From NCBI GenBank assembly GCA_000182565.2, contig KQ257470.1: DNA of 64,000 nucleotides; one strand, given 5' to 3'. Source of the DNA: Spizellomyces punctatus DAOM BR117. Lineage: Eukaryota. Positions 39,113 through 50,114 of the stretch are shown in pieces. Under the pieces are notes generated by a model. The model was not told the origin of the DNA. It searched no databases and saw only the letters and a program-made list of their open reading frames with translations. The position numbers and the translations under genes were made by a program. Every line of letters starts with the position of its first letter. Position 1 is the first letter of the stretch.

Positions 39113-40948
39113 CTACCGCAAACGAACCCCAACAGCTTCCAACTCGCTCAAAGCCCCCAAACAACAGCCCACAACATTTCTCGCACACACCAGAACCTGT
39201 CCACCCGCATCCCGATCCTTCTCATCCCGTTCCTTCATGCGCGTCAAAACCATCATCTGACCCGCTAGTGCATCAACTTGATCCAAACTCCCCAATAAGC
39301 GCGCAGAGAGAATCGGGTCGGCGCATGCCTGTGCGGGGGTACGCCATGAGCGAGAAATGGAGCGTGCGGTGGAGATGATGGATTTAGCGGATTCGATGTA
39401 CAGGGGTTTGGCGCTTGGGGTTGGTGAGCGGGTTAGTGTAGTGTGTTGGGATTCGAGGGTGGCTAGGGTGGTGGAAATATGGTTTGTGAGGGCTGTGAGA
39501 TCTGACATGTCGACTTTGGGACGGGGAGGTCTGAGGTTGATGAGTGGAGGTGTTGGGGAGGGGGGAGTGGAATGCGGAGGTGTTGGGGTCGATGGGGGCG
39601 TATGGGGTAAGGCAGAGGAAGAAGGCGCAGTCCCCTTGGTACCACTATCGGTGGTGGGAGTGCGGTCATTGTGGTTCTCGTCGATTGGTTGGTAAGCAGC
39701 GTCACATAGGTCCTTTCCTTGAACGGCATCTGTGCTTTGCATTGAGTTCTCTGGAACTTGATTCACGGGAGTCTGATCCCCATTTGTTATGGCATCGACA
39801 GACTGAAACGCAGCTTTGAGCGCCTCAATGTCGTCTGCCTTGCTATCGAGCTGAGGCGGGTCTGGGTGAGGAGTCTCCGGTTCTGATGCCTCAGGGGGAG
39901 GCGTTGCAGGCTCTTCGGTTTTGGTCTGTTGTTCTGCAGGTACCTCGAAAATTGATGCAGGCTCGATATCCCCCGGTCCTTCACTTGCCACCGATAAGGT
40001 GGCAGGTGCATTATTCACAATATGGATTTCCGTATTGGCTGTTACAACTTGGAATAGTTCCTCATCTGAAGTGGGTGCTGGAGCGGGCGATTGAGGAGCT
40101 GCTGATGCCTCCTCACGAGAGCGCCCACGGAGTATTCTGGGTTCATTGACACTTGCGCGAGGAAGAGGAGAGCGGACGACGGGGCTTGACGGTCGCTGAC
40201 CCACCGCTGTCTGCATAGACGAGGTCCTCCTTGCTGCAAATCGGGACGACCCCGAACTAGGGGATCTCAAACTCGGCGTTCGCGATCTGGAAGGTTCCGG
40301 GCTGCGCGACCTCGTCGTAGACGGTTCGAGAAAAAGTCGGTTCACTGGACGAGGTGCAGGCCTCGATCGTTCCGTGGCAAAGGAGGAATCCCATGGCGGG
40401 CGATCGACCAAATTAGACGACCTCGTCCCGGACGACACAGTCGGTGTTTCAGCTCTAAGCAGCATGGACCTCCGCCGTGAACGGTCACGCAAACCCGTAT
40501 CAATACGGGGGGCAATGGAATCAAACCGGGACGAGAATGACGCAGTGGAAGTAACGGATGGACAAGGTGACGCAGATCGCACTGGTTCCGAAAAAGTACT
40601 ACTGCCTCCACCAACCGGCCTCCACGGCGGCAAGGAAGAGGATCTTCCATTCTGCTGTTCTCTCTGCTCTCTCTGACGTCGGGCCTTGAGGTCTTCTACG
40701 CGCGCCTTCGCCTCTGCGATTCTCTCTGCCCTCAGCTTGCAAGCGTCACATCCTGAGCGATGCGTCTTGTGAGAGAAGGGAATAAAGTCCGATGCAGAAG
40801 TAGAAGAGGTAGTGGAAAACGCAGGTGAGAGGGGATAGTACTGAAGCGAGTGACGAGAGGACGACGAGGGAGAGGGAGACGACGCCGAGTGGGAGTGAGA
40901 GTGCGGAGAGCGGTAAGAGGACGAGGCGGAAGTCTGTATTCCCAACAT
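39113..40948 (-). CDS. S/R/P-rich protein with a C-terminal vinculin/alpha-catenin tail-like domain
   Basis: C-terminus YIESAKSI..AQACADPILSARLL..VDALAGQMMVLTRMK..VLVCARNVV..LSELEAVGVRLR parallels vinculin Vt (AKDI..AKQCTDKRIRTNLL..IPTISTQLKILSTVK..LVHNAQNLM..EAEAASIKIR). Start codon uncertain. Confidence 0.75.
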   Translation of the reverse strand: MLGIQTSASSSYRSPHSHSHSASSPSPSSSSRHSLQYYPLSPAFSTTSSTSASDFIPFSHKTHRSGCDACKLRAERIAEAKARVEDLKARRQREQREQQNGRSSSLPPWRPVGGGSSTFSEPVRSASPCPSVTSTASFSSRFDSIAPRIDTGLRDRSRRRSMLLRAETPTVSSGTRSSNLVDRPPWDSSFATERSRPAPRPVNRLFLEPSTTRSRSPEPSRSRTPSLRSPSSGSSRFAARRTSSMQTAVGQRPSSPVVRSPLPRASVNEPRILRGRSREEASAAPQSPAPAPTSDEELFQVVTANTEIHIVNNAPATLSVASEGPGDIEPASIFEVPAEQQTKTEEPATPPPEASEPETPHPDPPQLDSKADDIEALKAAFQSVDAITNGDQTPVNQVPENSMQSTDAVQGKDLCDAAYQPIDENHNDRTPTTDSGTKGTAPSSSALPHTPPSTPTPPHSTPPSPTPPLINLRPPRPKVDMSDLTALTNHISTTLATLESQHTTLTRSPTPSAKPLYIESAKSIISTARSISRSWRTPAQACADPILSARLLGSLDQVDALAGQMMVLTRMKERDEKDRDAGGQVLVCARNVVGCCLGALSELEAVGVRLR

Positions 40949-41324
40949 CTTGTCCCCGTCCAAGTTTGATACCTCTCAAACGAGTGGAAATGCCCGCGAG
41001 AAGCAAGTGTCCAATGCCGCACCTCCAATGCAAAAAGTGTGATGTCCAGCAAAGAAGAAAAGAAGGAAAGCGGTGAAAAGGAGAGACGAGACTGTTACCT
41101 AATGCATTTGATCCACATTTGTATGATATACACAGCCACTCACATGACTCTCACGTGCTTCTGCAATGGGGCACTTTGTTTATAAGCCGTTTGGGCCGTT
41201 TGGGTTTTCCAATCAGCAAATGGGCGATACTTGGGTGGTAGGGAGCATCTGGTGCATGAGCAATCGTCTATATTCACTACAATGCTATATATACATGCAT
41301 AACACTTTTTGTTATCGACGTCAT

Positions 41325-42866
41325 CTATTCAATTTGCATTGAAAATAAAAAGTCCAATACATCTCCCAACGTAATCACATTAGTTGGTTTACCCCCCTCA
41401 TTCACAAAAAATAAGTGATGAAATGTGTTCACGACCATGACGCGGAGGAGGTCGCGAAGACTCATGGTCCATGTTCCTGTTATATATGTTGCCTGTGGAG
41501 ATGGGAGATGAGGATATTGGGCGAGACGAAAACTGTTGATATAATATGAAGAACTTACAGAGTTTTTCTTGAGGAGCTCTCGTACAGTGAGAAAGAGGTC
41601 TTGAACATTGTTCGAGTTTAAAGTCTGAAAGAAGGTGTTTGTAAGTGTGGGGTACGGATGTCCAGCAGGGAGTGATAGCCAATCTTGTCGGGTCAACCCA
41701 GTTTCTTTCACTCCGCACTCCTTCAGCATCGAGCAGTTGTGCGCAAATCCTGGCAAGACATTTTTCGGAACTCTTGAGAGCTTTTCTCTTTGCACAAATC
41801 AGACGCCAGCATGCTACTTCTTGCTTCCTTATACTCCCTCTGCCGCCCTGGTATTACTCACCTTGATATGCCGTACAGTCATCATACCGGACATGACCAT
41901 CCCTGAATTCACAACCGGGACCGCTGTAACCCCCCGCTCCCTCATTTCCTTCAAAACTTCCAAAACAACTTTGTTTTCTCCACACGCAAATACCGGAGTT
42001 GTCCCTACAAATCCCAAGTCTAGCAACGAGGCATCAGGCCTCAGATGCAATCTATCGAGGTTGAGCAGTGCGAACTCAACGAGTGAGCTTTGTGTTACAA
42101 TGTGGTGGATGGTTTGGTTTGATAGCAGGATCAGGCGGGTTGCGCGATGCTGTTGAAGGGTTTTGAGGACGGTATGAACGGTTGAGGTTGCGGGGAGAGT
42201 GATTGTTGGGTTTCGTGATGAAAAGTCTGGGATGCGATTTAGGATTCATGGTTTGAGATCACTTGCAAGTCCCGCGTGGCATACCAATTCACGACAACCC
42301 ACCAGCCAAATCCTCACACGGCACGCTGATAATATCCTTTAAATGCTCCTCAAACGTACTTCGACCTAGTTGCGCATACGCATTCGATAAAAATGTTGCC
42401 TGCCGTGCCAGCGCCCATTAGTGTATGCTGACTCGTTTTGCAAAGCTCCACCAAACGTACAATATCCACTACATCCGTCAGGACGAAATCTGAATTGAAG
42501 CGAGGATAATTTAGCATTCCGGTTACCCATTCGCATGGTCTCCAAAGAAGAATGCGTACCGGTATTAGACCTCACAACAGGCGCACATGAAATATTCTTT
42601 ATCCTAAAGGTCTGCACAATATTACTCACTCTCCCAAGATCCTCTTTGCATTACGCACAAGACATACCTTGATGGTCTCCAGTAGTGTTGTCGTGGGTTC
42701 AAGTGTCACCAACGGACCTAATCAGCAAACTTCAGCATGGCAGTTCATGCGAAATAAAACCAAAGTCAGGAAACGCACGGTTGAACAGGACGACATGTTC
42801 AATAGATTCCTCCAGGAGCGCCCGCGTTGACTCTGGAGTGTAGAATGAGCTTTGTTGGTGACCCAT
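41325..42866 (-). CDS. CBS-domain protein (AMPK-gamma/Sds23-like), multi-exon
   Basis: CBS motifs NISCAPVV, GVTAVPVVNSG and FHHLFFVNEGGKPTNVITLGDVL. Spliced N-terminus MGHQQS. Confidence 0.8.
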
Positions 42867-43019
42867 TTAATTGTCATGCTCCAACAGTTGTCATGCGTTC
42901 CATTGTCGACAAGGTGTGAGGCTCCAAAAGGAACGATCTGCGACAAGGTTTGCAGTGGACAGGTGGAGTACTAAGCACGTCATGATAAACTTTAATTTTC
43001 AACGCTTTTGGATTTCTTA

Positions 43020-43752
43020 GTGTGGAGGTGATTGAAAATGGCACTAGGACCCATTATTATCCGGATTAATCCGGTTAGTCATATCGCATAATCAGAGCCC
43101 CCTCTATCGCTCAGATTGGTGTGGCATGCATGTAATGTTTTTTTTTTTTTTTTTAAAACTGCGGTGAGGTGCATGCCGAAGGTCTATAAAAGGGGGACCT
43201 TCTGTCTCTTTCCCCTTTCCTCTTTACCCATCCTCAACTCTCGAAGCATCTGCGCAACGCTCACGCAGCACTCTCAAGTCCATCATGAGAATGCCGCTCT
43301 GGTGTCGAGGACCTCGCCCTCCCGACAAAAACAACTTAACCCCTTGCAAACGCTGCTACTACTATACTGCTACGATCGCAGGTATTTCTTGCTGATTTTC
43401 CCACGCGTATTCCGAGTCTAATTCTGATCTACCTTAGTATCTGAAAATCCTCCGACCAAAGAATCTCGGAATCAAGGGCTTAGTAGGATTTCTCTCGTGG
43501 TGGTGGGCTTAGTTACCCGGTTAGAACCAACCGTAATGTATTGCATGTGTCATTGGGCCTAGTAGTAGTTAGCTTTTCACGTACCCCAGTTCAACCCAGG
43601 CTGGAACCTGTAGCGAGTTAGGATAGGGGTGGGACTCGCTTGCAGGATAGGTTATGAAGGGTTGGACAGGCTGGCTAATTGCAAATTAGAACCGGCTGTA
43701 GTGGGTTGGAGGGAGAATTTGTTCCTAGTGACATTTTCTACCACCTGCACAC
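43020..43752 (+). mobile_element. Non-autonomous TIR element, Fanzor1 ghost-like, copy 2 (long 3' module)
   Basis: Same left end as copy 1. Right-end reverse complement GTGTGCAGGTGGTAGAAAATGTCACTAGGA matches at 26/30. TA at 43018-19 and 43753-54. CTTA immediately 5'. Confidence 0.9.
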
Positions 43753-43769
43753 TAAGGCTAGGAATGCAA
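43573..43769 (+). ncRNA. Putative extended omega-RNA: ~182-nt scaffold plus guide AGGCTAGGAATGCAA
   Basis: Begins at the same GCTTTTC anchor as copies 1 and 3 and ends in CACTA. Contains several hairpins. The last stem has TAGTG in its loop, complementary to CACTA. Confidence 0.6.
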
Positions 43770-43999
43770 AACACATTTTCAAAGCTTTGCATTTCAAGAT
43801 ACAGGTTCAAGGAAGAGTGTGAAAGATCAAATCATTCGTATTATACATATTTCATATCTAAGCCGTCGTTTCCATATATACCAACTCGTGCATATCCATC
43901 CAGCACTTTATGATATCCCATACCACGCCGTAGATCTCAACGGATATATCAGTCCTCACGTATTCACATCCATAATGTACCAAGGTATATGATAAGGCA

Positions 44000-44839
44000 T
44001 TACAACACAACGCAAAACCACCATCTCGATTTCGCAACGTCTTGCTCCACAATCGAGTGTTGTTCTGATACCTTATCTACATTCTCTTCATTCTCACTAT
44101 CCGCATCCCATTGCTCGTCGTCATCAGGTATGTTGGAGTGCTCACCATCATTCGCAGTGGTGTGTTCAGCGGCTTTCGCAGCATGTGATGTTGCAGAGAC
44201 TGGGGCTACGGGGACACTGGCGGATGCAACATCTTGAATCTCTCTTGCATCGTCTTGGACAGCTTTGGTGGAAGTGAGAAGGGAAACAGGGTGCAATATT
44301 TCTGGGTCGATAGGTGCTGTTGTTGATGGAGGTTCCCTTGCGGGGTTGACTGTTGTTGTGTCCGTCGGTGTCGTGTCTGTCGGTGTCGTGTCCAGATGTT
44401 CAGATGATACAGTTTCTTCTTTGATGGGTATGGCAGATTCGTCGGTGACAGTGGATGCCGCTTCTTGAATGGCTTTGGCGTCTTCTTGGGCGGATTTTGC
44501 AGCGTCAAGGAGTGAAACCGATTGAAGGATGTGTGTGTCTGGATGCGTTGGGATTTCTCCGTCTTTTCGTTCCAATGGCTTATCTCTACTTGCTTCAACT
44601 CTGACAACATTATTTATATTACCCTCCGCATCTCTCAAAGTCCCCACCTCCTCGTTAACTCTCCACACCCCATCCACAATAAACTTGAACACAACTTCAC
44701 CCTCCTCAACCTCTTTCTCTGCACTAAAAGTTCCATCGGGTTGCTTTTCAAGCGGGAGGGAGTGCGACCAAGAGTCAAACGTCCCGGTAACGTGAACTGT
44801 TTGGGCCGGGTGAGGCCAGGTGAAAGCTAAGAGAGGCAT
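44000..44839 (-). CDS. CBM48/AMPK1_CBM glycogen-binding domain protein with C-terminal CAAX
   Basis: FTWPHPAQTVHVTGTFDSW..FKFIVDGVWR..GNINNVV. Acidic tail with a duplicated HxxILxxVSLL..K..Q.DA..IQ motif. Ends in CVVL. Confidence 0.9.
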   Translation of the reverse strand: MPLLAFTWPHPAQTVHVTGTFDSWSHSLPLEKQPDGTFSAEKEVEEGEVVFKFIVDGVWRVNEEVGTLRDAEGNINNVVRVEASRDKPLERKDGEIPTHPDTHILQSVSLLDAAKSAQEDAKAIQEAASTVTDESAIPIKEETVSSEHLDTTPTDTTPTDTTTVNPAREPPSTTAPIDPEILHPVSLLTSTKAVQDDAREIQDVASASVPVAPVSATSHAAKAAEHTTANDGEHSNIPDDDEQWDADSENEENVDKVSEQHSIVEQDVAKSRWWFCVVL

Positions 44840-45711
44840 AACTGTTGGCGGAAATGGGGGGAAGAAAAGATGGGCGAAAATGTAAACAGATCTTGGAGGG
44901 CGTGACGCAATGATGTCACGTGCGTATATCGATTGCCCGATTATCTAATGCGCGATATGGTCGCTTACCTGTTGATGGACGATGAATTGCTTTCTTTTAT
45001 GGTTTGGTTCCTACGAGTGTTTGTAAATGGACACTAGTGTTGGTGTGGTTTAGAACACGCCTCGTTGACTGGAGATGTCTGCGTCTCTAACATGTCAGTA
45101 GCTACGGATGGTTAATGCTAGAAAAAGGGAAATATGCCGTATCGTGGGTCTGCAAAACCCAAATCCTATTATAAGTAATAATTCACAGTGCTACATCGTG
45201 CATATCGATGTGAGATTGGGAATGACTTGCTGATATTTATTGTTCGTTGATGATCGGGCGCAGGAGCATATTGCATGTAATTTTGGTTGTGGTAACCGTC
45301 AAATCGAACGACCTGAACAGCGCCCATACAGCGTCCGTTGCCCTCCAGCTCTTCTCTCTTTACTGTCATTCCCTTTCCTTTCTCCCTCTCTCGAGGTGGG
45401 CCACACGGTCGTTGTGTGTCCGACCTGAGTGAATGGCTTATGGAGATTTCTGGCAGTATATGCAGCGGTGAATGAAGCCTGTCTGGGTATACCAACGCTG
45501 ACGGCTTGGGTGATAAAATGATGGTGGACAGGAACTCTCAATAAAGGGACAGTTTGCTTTTGGAAGCAGAGGTTCGAGCCTGCCAGTATTAGGGACAGTT
45601 GCAAACATCGATTACAGGTGTTTGATACTATGGGCAATGCTGCTATCTGAGCGGTCCATCTTGTGGCACATTCCCCAAAGGAAAGAGCTTTGGAGAATTT
45701 TCTTACATCAT

Positions 45712-47396
45712 CTAAATCCATTCGGTCGACTGTCTTATGACACTATGCAAAACCTCCTTCAGCTTAAATAAAAATCTCTTGGCTTCTAGGTCGTCGCCGA
45801 GCACTCTTTCTCTATACACAACCGTGACTCTCATCTTTCCCCGCACTGTAGCAAGGACAATTGTGTAAGGACCCCAAAACGGATGCGCCGTTTGCGCACC
45901 ACCAGCGCTCTCTACCTCCCATTGGGTCGCTGCTGATTCAGACGAGCTGCCCAGCTGAATCTTGTCGCCGTGGGCACGTTCAAAGTGGATGCGGCCCAGG
46001 TTGGAGATTGTCACGGAAGCCTGTAACGTATTCTCACTTGTGTGAAACGCATTGTAGTCGGGCACTAGGTCCATTGTTGCAATGATTCTCAGCGCCCACC
46101 AAGCCCAGCCAATGCGCAACTTTCGAACGCTGGTTCTAGCCATCTCCCAGAAATGCTTCACGGGAACTTGCTCGGTGGGATCTTGGAGAACGAGGTCGGT
46201 ATGACAGCCGCTTGCGAAATTACCCATTATCGTATTTGGAACGGGTGGATTACAGCTTGGGCGCAGGCATATAGTGTGGTTCGTGCGGATGGTGATGGGT
46301 GGTTTCCCGTAACATGACGTTGGTGAGGAGACGCGGGCGCACGCCAGAGTGCATGCTGCTGTAATGGTCGCATGTAAGCTTGTCTTGCGACGTTTACACA
46401 TGTCGCTATTAGGCGACAAGAAAAGAAATTTCGTTAATGTTGACTGATTGAACGTAAACATAACAGAGTCTCGTCCCAAACCTCAACGACTGCATGTCCA
46501 TCTCATTTAGCTCAAATTCCAGTACTCGACACTTTCCAGCATCGTGAATGTTATATTTCACATTATTCCCTCTCCAATAGCCCAATCCAAAAACACATCT
46601 TCCGATGACTGATATCCGTTTGGCCAGCTCGAGTAGGCTCACATACAGCAAGAATACAATCGAGAGGCCAGTTGCCGGCGCAAGTTTACGCAAAGAAGGG
46701 ATTAGTTCGGGACCTCCGAGACGCGCAGGTAGCGCTATTGTTGCGTCCTCAGAACTGCCATGGTGTAGATTGGTGACCAAAGTCTTGCAAAATTCGACAA
46801 GAGACTTGCCGTCGCCGATGACGTGGTGCATGGAAACAACAAGATCCACGGAGGGCGGTGAAGAAGGTAAGGCACCCATTTCACTTTCGTGGGGTAAGAT
46901 GACGGTTACCCGGAACAAAGGTGTCTTTGATACCTGCGCTAGTGGAAATGGTCAAGCGATTAAAAACGATCGTGTCCATCAAGGGGTGTTGGATTGCGAT
47001 GAGAGAATAAAAACATACCATATCGAATGGAGTATTGACTTCAAGCTCCACCCAGCTTCTGACCGCTTCATCCTCGCCTACATCATTCTCTCTTTGGACA
47101 ACCTTTATGACACCTTTCAAAGACAACTCGCCATTGTCCAATAATGCATATTTTGGCGTTGCTGAGGTAGCATCAAGCACCACAGTCCACAGACAGGCAT
47201 GCATCGCCAAACAAGCACAGAGCGCTCGATGCACGGCTGTTCCCCATACTTGCGGGTGGTATGAGGAGACTGTTGGCGATTGGGCAGCCGGAGGACGGAG
47301 ACGGATGCTTGCTGTTATGCAGTTGTGATACTCCAGGACAGAGGCGGCGACCAGGTAACGAACAACACCGTCGACAGGACGAACTAGTGTGGGCAT
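45712..47396 (-). CDS. Alcohol acetyltransferase / condensation-like CoA-dependent acyltransferase
   Basis: HHVIGDG (HxxxDG) motif, ELEVNTPFD..LFRVTVI, CKRRKTSLHATITAA, TISNLGRI. Two introns. Confidence 0.85.
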
Positions 47397-47649
47397 GTTG
47401 GTGCCGTCCCGAACGAGCAACGCTTACGAGGAAGATCTGCAGAAAAACAATGCTGGAGGAAGGTTGCTGAGTAGTAATTTAGTTGATCGGGATGGGTTAC
47501 TTAATGATATCACGTGTTTTGCTGTGAATCCCCCGGCGATCTTCCTTCTGTCGAGGGTGAGTGCCTTTCCCACCCAAAATTACATTGAGGTCGTCATTAG
47601 ATCCTTACTGCAAACGCACAGGTCTCTCCAAAACTTCCACAACGTACAG

Positions 47650-49048
47650 ATGCCGTCAGACTGCTCGTCGGACCTCTCGCAAATTACGCCGAATCTCTTT
47701 TTGAGTGGGTGAGTGGGCGCCCATGTGTTTGTCGCGCCAATAGCAAACGTTGTGGGACTCGCCCCAGCATCCAAGCTTATGCACACTTGGCTCTTTAGCG
47801 TGGGGCCAGCGCAGAATCTGACATTGCTGAAGGAAAACTCTATTACACACATTCTTGGTATTGGCCTCCGACTTCAACCAAAATTCCCCAACGTAAGCTG
47901 TTGAACCCCGTTGGACCATGAAACATGCTGAGGCTGATTACGGGTTTTAGGAGGTTACATACAAGCATGTAAGCTTGGAGGATGACCCACAGGTGAATAT
48001 TATGCGATATTTCCCGGACACCTATCGGTAGGATTTGCGCTACCGAGATTTTCCTTTGCGATGAACCGTAAGTCGGACTAAATTCCATCTGTTTAGGTTT
48101 ATAGATGAGGCTGTAAAGGCCAATGGGCGTGTTCTAGTGCATTGGTATGAAACTTTTTTTGTCGGACAGCACTCTAAGCGTATTACTCACAAGACCATAT
48201 AGCGTTGCGGGGATTTCACGTTCGGCGACGATAGTGATCGCATACTTTATGAAAAGCGAAGGCATCGGTTTATATGAAGCCCAAATGAAAGTGAAGAGTA
48301 AGCGACGAATTATTCAGTAAGGCGTTCCTCCGTGGTTCTTTCTTTGAGTATTCGATCCGTCAGATCTAGACTGACCGTAACGGTTGGGCTTTTAGTCCGA
48401 ATTCGGGTTTCGTCAAGCAACTAAAACTGTTCGAGGCAATGCGGTGCGAACTCGACATGTCCCATCAACCATACCGACAGTTTCTAACGACCAAAACTGC
48501 ACAAGAGAAAACGGGGAAATTCCTCATGGATGACTCCGAGCACGCGAGCATATCAACTCTCGAAACGTCAACCAATTCGACCACAAGCTCACACCCCGAT
48601 CCATCTGACGATCGGAAGCCTACAAGCGCACGCCGTCTGAGATGCAAGAAGTGTCGTGCCGACCTTTTGTCTGATAAGCAGCTAGTTGAGCACGAATCCG
48701 GCGCCGGACAGGCTGCATTCGGATATCGCAAGCGTGCTATGACATTGACACCAACAGTCTCTCAGTGCGCATCGTACCATATCGAACCAGTGGAATGGAT
48801 AAAGGGTGTAAACGATGGAGAACTGGAAGGCAAAATTGTCTGTCCTAACCCAAAGTGTGAGGCGAAACTCGGAGCTTGGAGTTGGGCTGGTGGGTTATGG
48901 ACTTGTGACATCGCCCTGCTTCGTTTCTTGTGTCTCAATTATCATCACCTTTGTAGGAGCTCCTTGTTCGTGCGGAGCATGGGTAGCGCCATCGTTCAGC
49001 ATACATCGGAACAAAGTGGATGAATCATTCTCTGTGCCAGCAGAATGA
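47650..49048 (+). CDS. YVH1: Dual-specificity phosphatase with C-terminal zinc-binding domain (YVH1/DUSP12)
   Basis: Spliced VLVHC-VAGISRSAT catalytic motif, PNSGFVKQLKLF, LRCKKCR, IEPVEWI, EGKIVCPNPKCEAKLG..CSCGAWVAPSF. Confidence 0.93.
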
Positions 49049-49508
49049 GAAACTTTGCGAGACATTTGTTTCCGCGGTGGTTTTCGAAACGACCGCAAAC
49101 GGCACCCATGATGCACCGTGTCACGCAATTCGCTTTGACAGACGGGTGGTTGAGAGGAAGACAATCCGCAGCCCACAGGATTTGCTGGCTTTTGACTGCA
49201 ACAACCGGCAGGAAGCAGTAAACCAGGAATTGATCACTGAAGGGCTTCCATGTAGGAATGGTATTGTTTGTACAAAATCCTGGACACCTGCTACGCTATA
49301 GTATAGATTTTATGGAGACCGAGACGCTGTCACACACCATTGTATAATAGGTCACAAAACATGCATGGGGCAGGACAATAATCAAAATATATATTAGAAA
49401 CATAGTGCGTTCATGCACGACATTATCAGCAAAGTCCATGATGCTCCGAGATGCTCTCACACACAAGTACAAGTACCTCAAGGAATCTAACCACAGCCAT
49501 GGCTTTGC

Positions 49509-50114
49509 TCAATTGCTCCTACTCCCCTCCTTGGCCCCTGTCATAAACAACGACTTGAACCACCGCAAAGGCGGTGACAACTCATCCGTCTGTAAGGGTT
49601 CCATTCCCAACTTTGAGCTAGGCACGACCCCATCCACCAATTGGACCGACCGCCCTGGCTTTGCAGAATTCTCAGCCTCGGCCACTGTTCGAACAACCCC
49701 ATGTATTTTCAACAATTTCTGCACTAACAGACTCTTTTCGACTAACACCTGATCTGTCTGCATACGAGCCCTCGTCTCCGAGTCTGGCATTTTCAGCGGG
49801 TCTTTGGCATCTGCATATCCCTTCGCCCTCAAGTACTCCTCCAAATCTTTGTACGCTCGGTTCAGTTCAGGTATAGAAGCCACAACGGAAAGGAATGCGG
49901 CTCTGTAGTCGGGGTTGGTGCGGAGCAGGTGGGTTACGGCTTTGGGGTCTGTGTACCGAATTTCAATTTTTTGACCAGGACTTTTATGAGCGGGTTTTGA
50001 AGTGGTTGTGCGGTGTAAAGGGCGGAACGGGGTTAGGAGGGGTAGGCGACGTATGGTAACGGAGTTACGAGGGAGGTGGTAAGTAGCTCGCCATGCAGGT
50101 GGTCTGGAAGCCAT
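49509..50114 (-). CDS. Hypothetical protein, possibly mitochondrial
   Basis: 201-aa intronless ORF with an Arg-rich, acid-free N-terminus. No recognisable domain. Confidence 0.55.
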   Translation of the reverse strand: MASRPPAWRATYHLPRNSVTIRRLPLLTPFRPLHRTTTSKPAHKSPGQKIEIRYTDPKAVTHLLRTNPDYRAAFLSVVASIPELNRAYKDLEEYLRAKGYADAKDPLKMPDSETRARMQTDQVLVEKSLLVQKLLKIHGVVRTVAEAENSAKPGRSVQLVDGVVPSSKLGMEPLQTDELSPPLRWFKSLFMTGAKEGSRSN

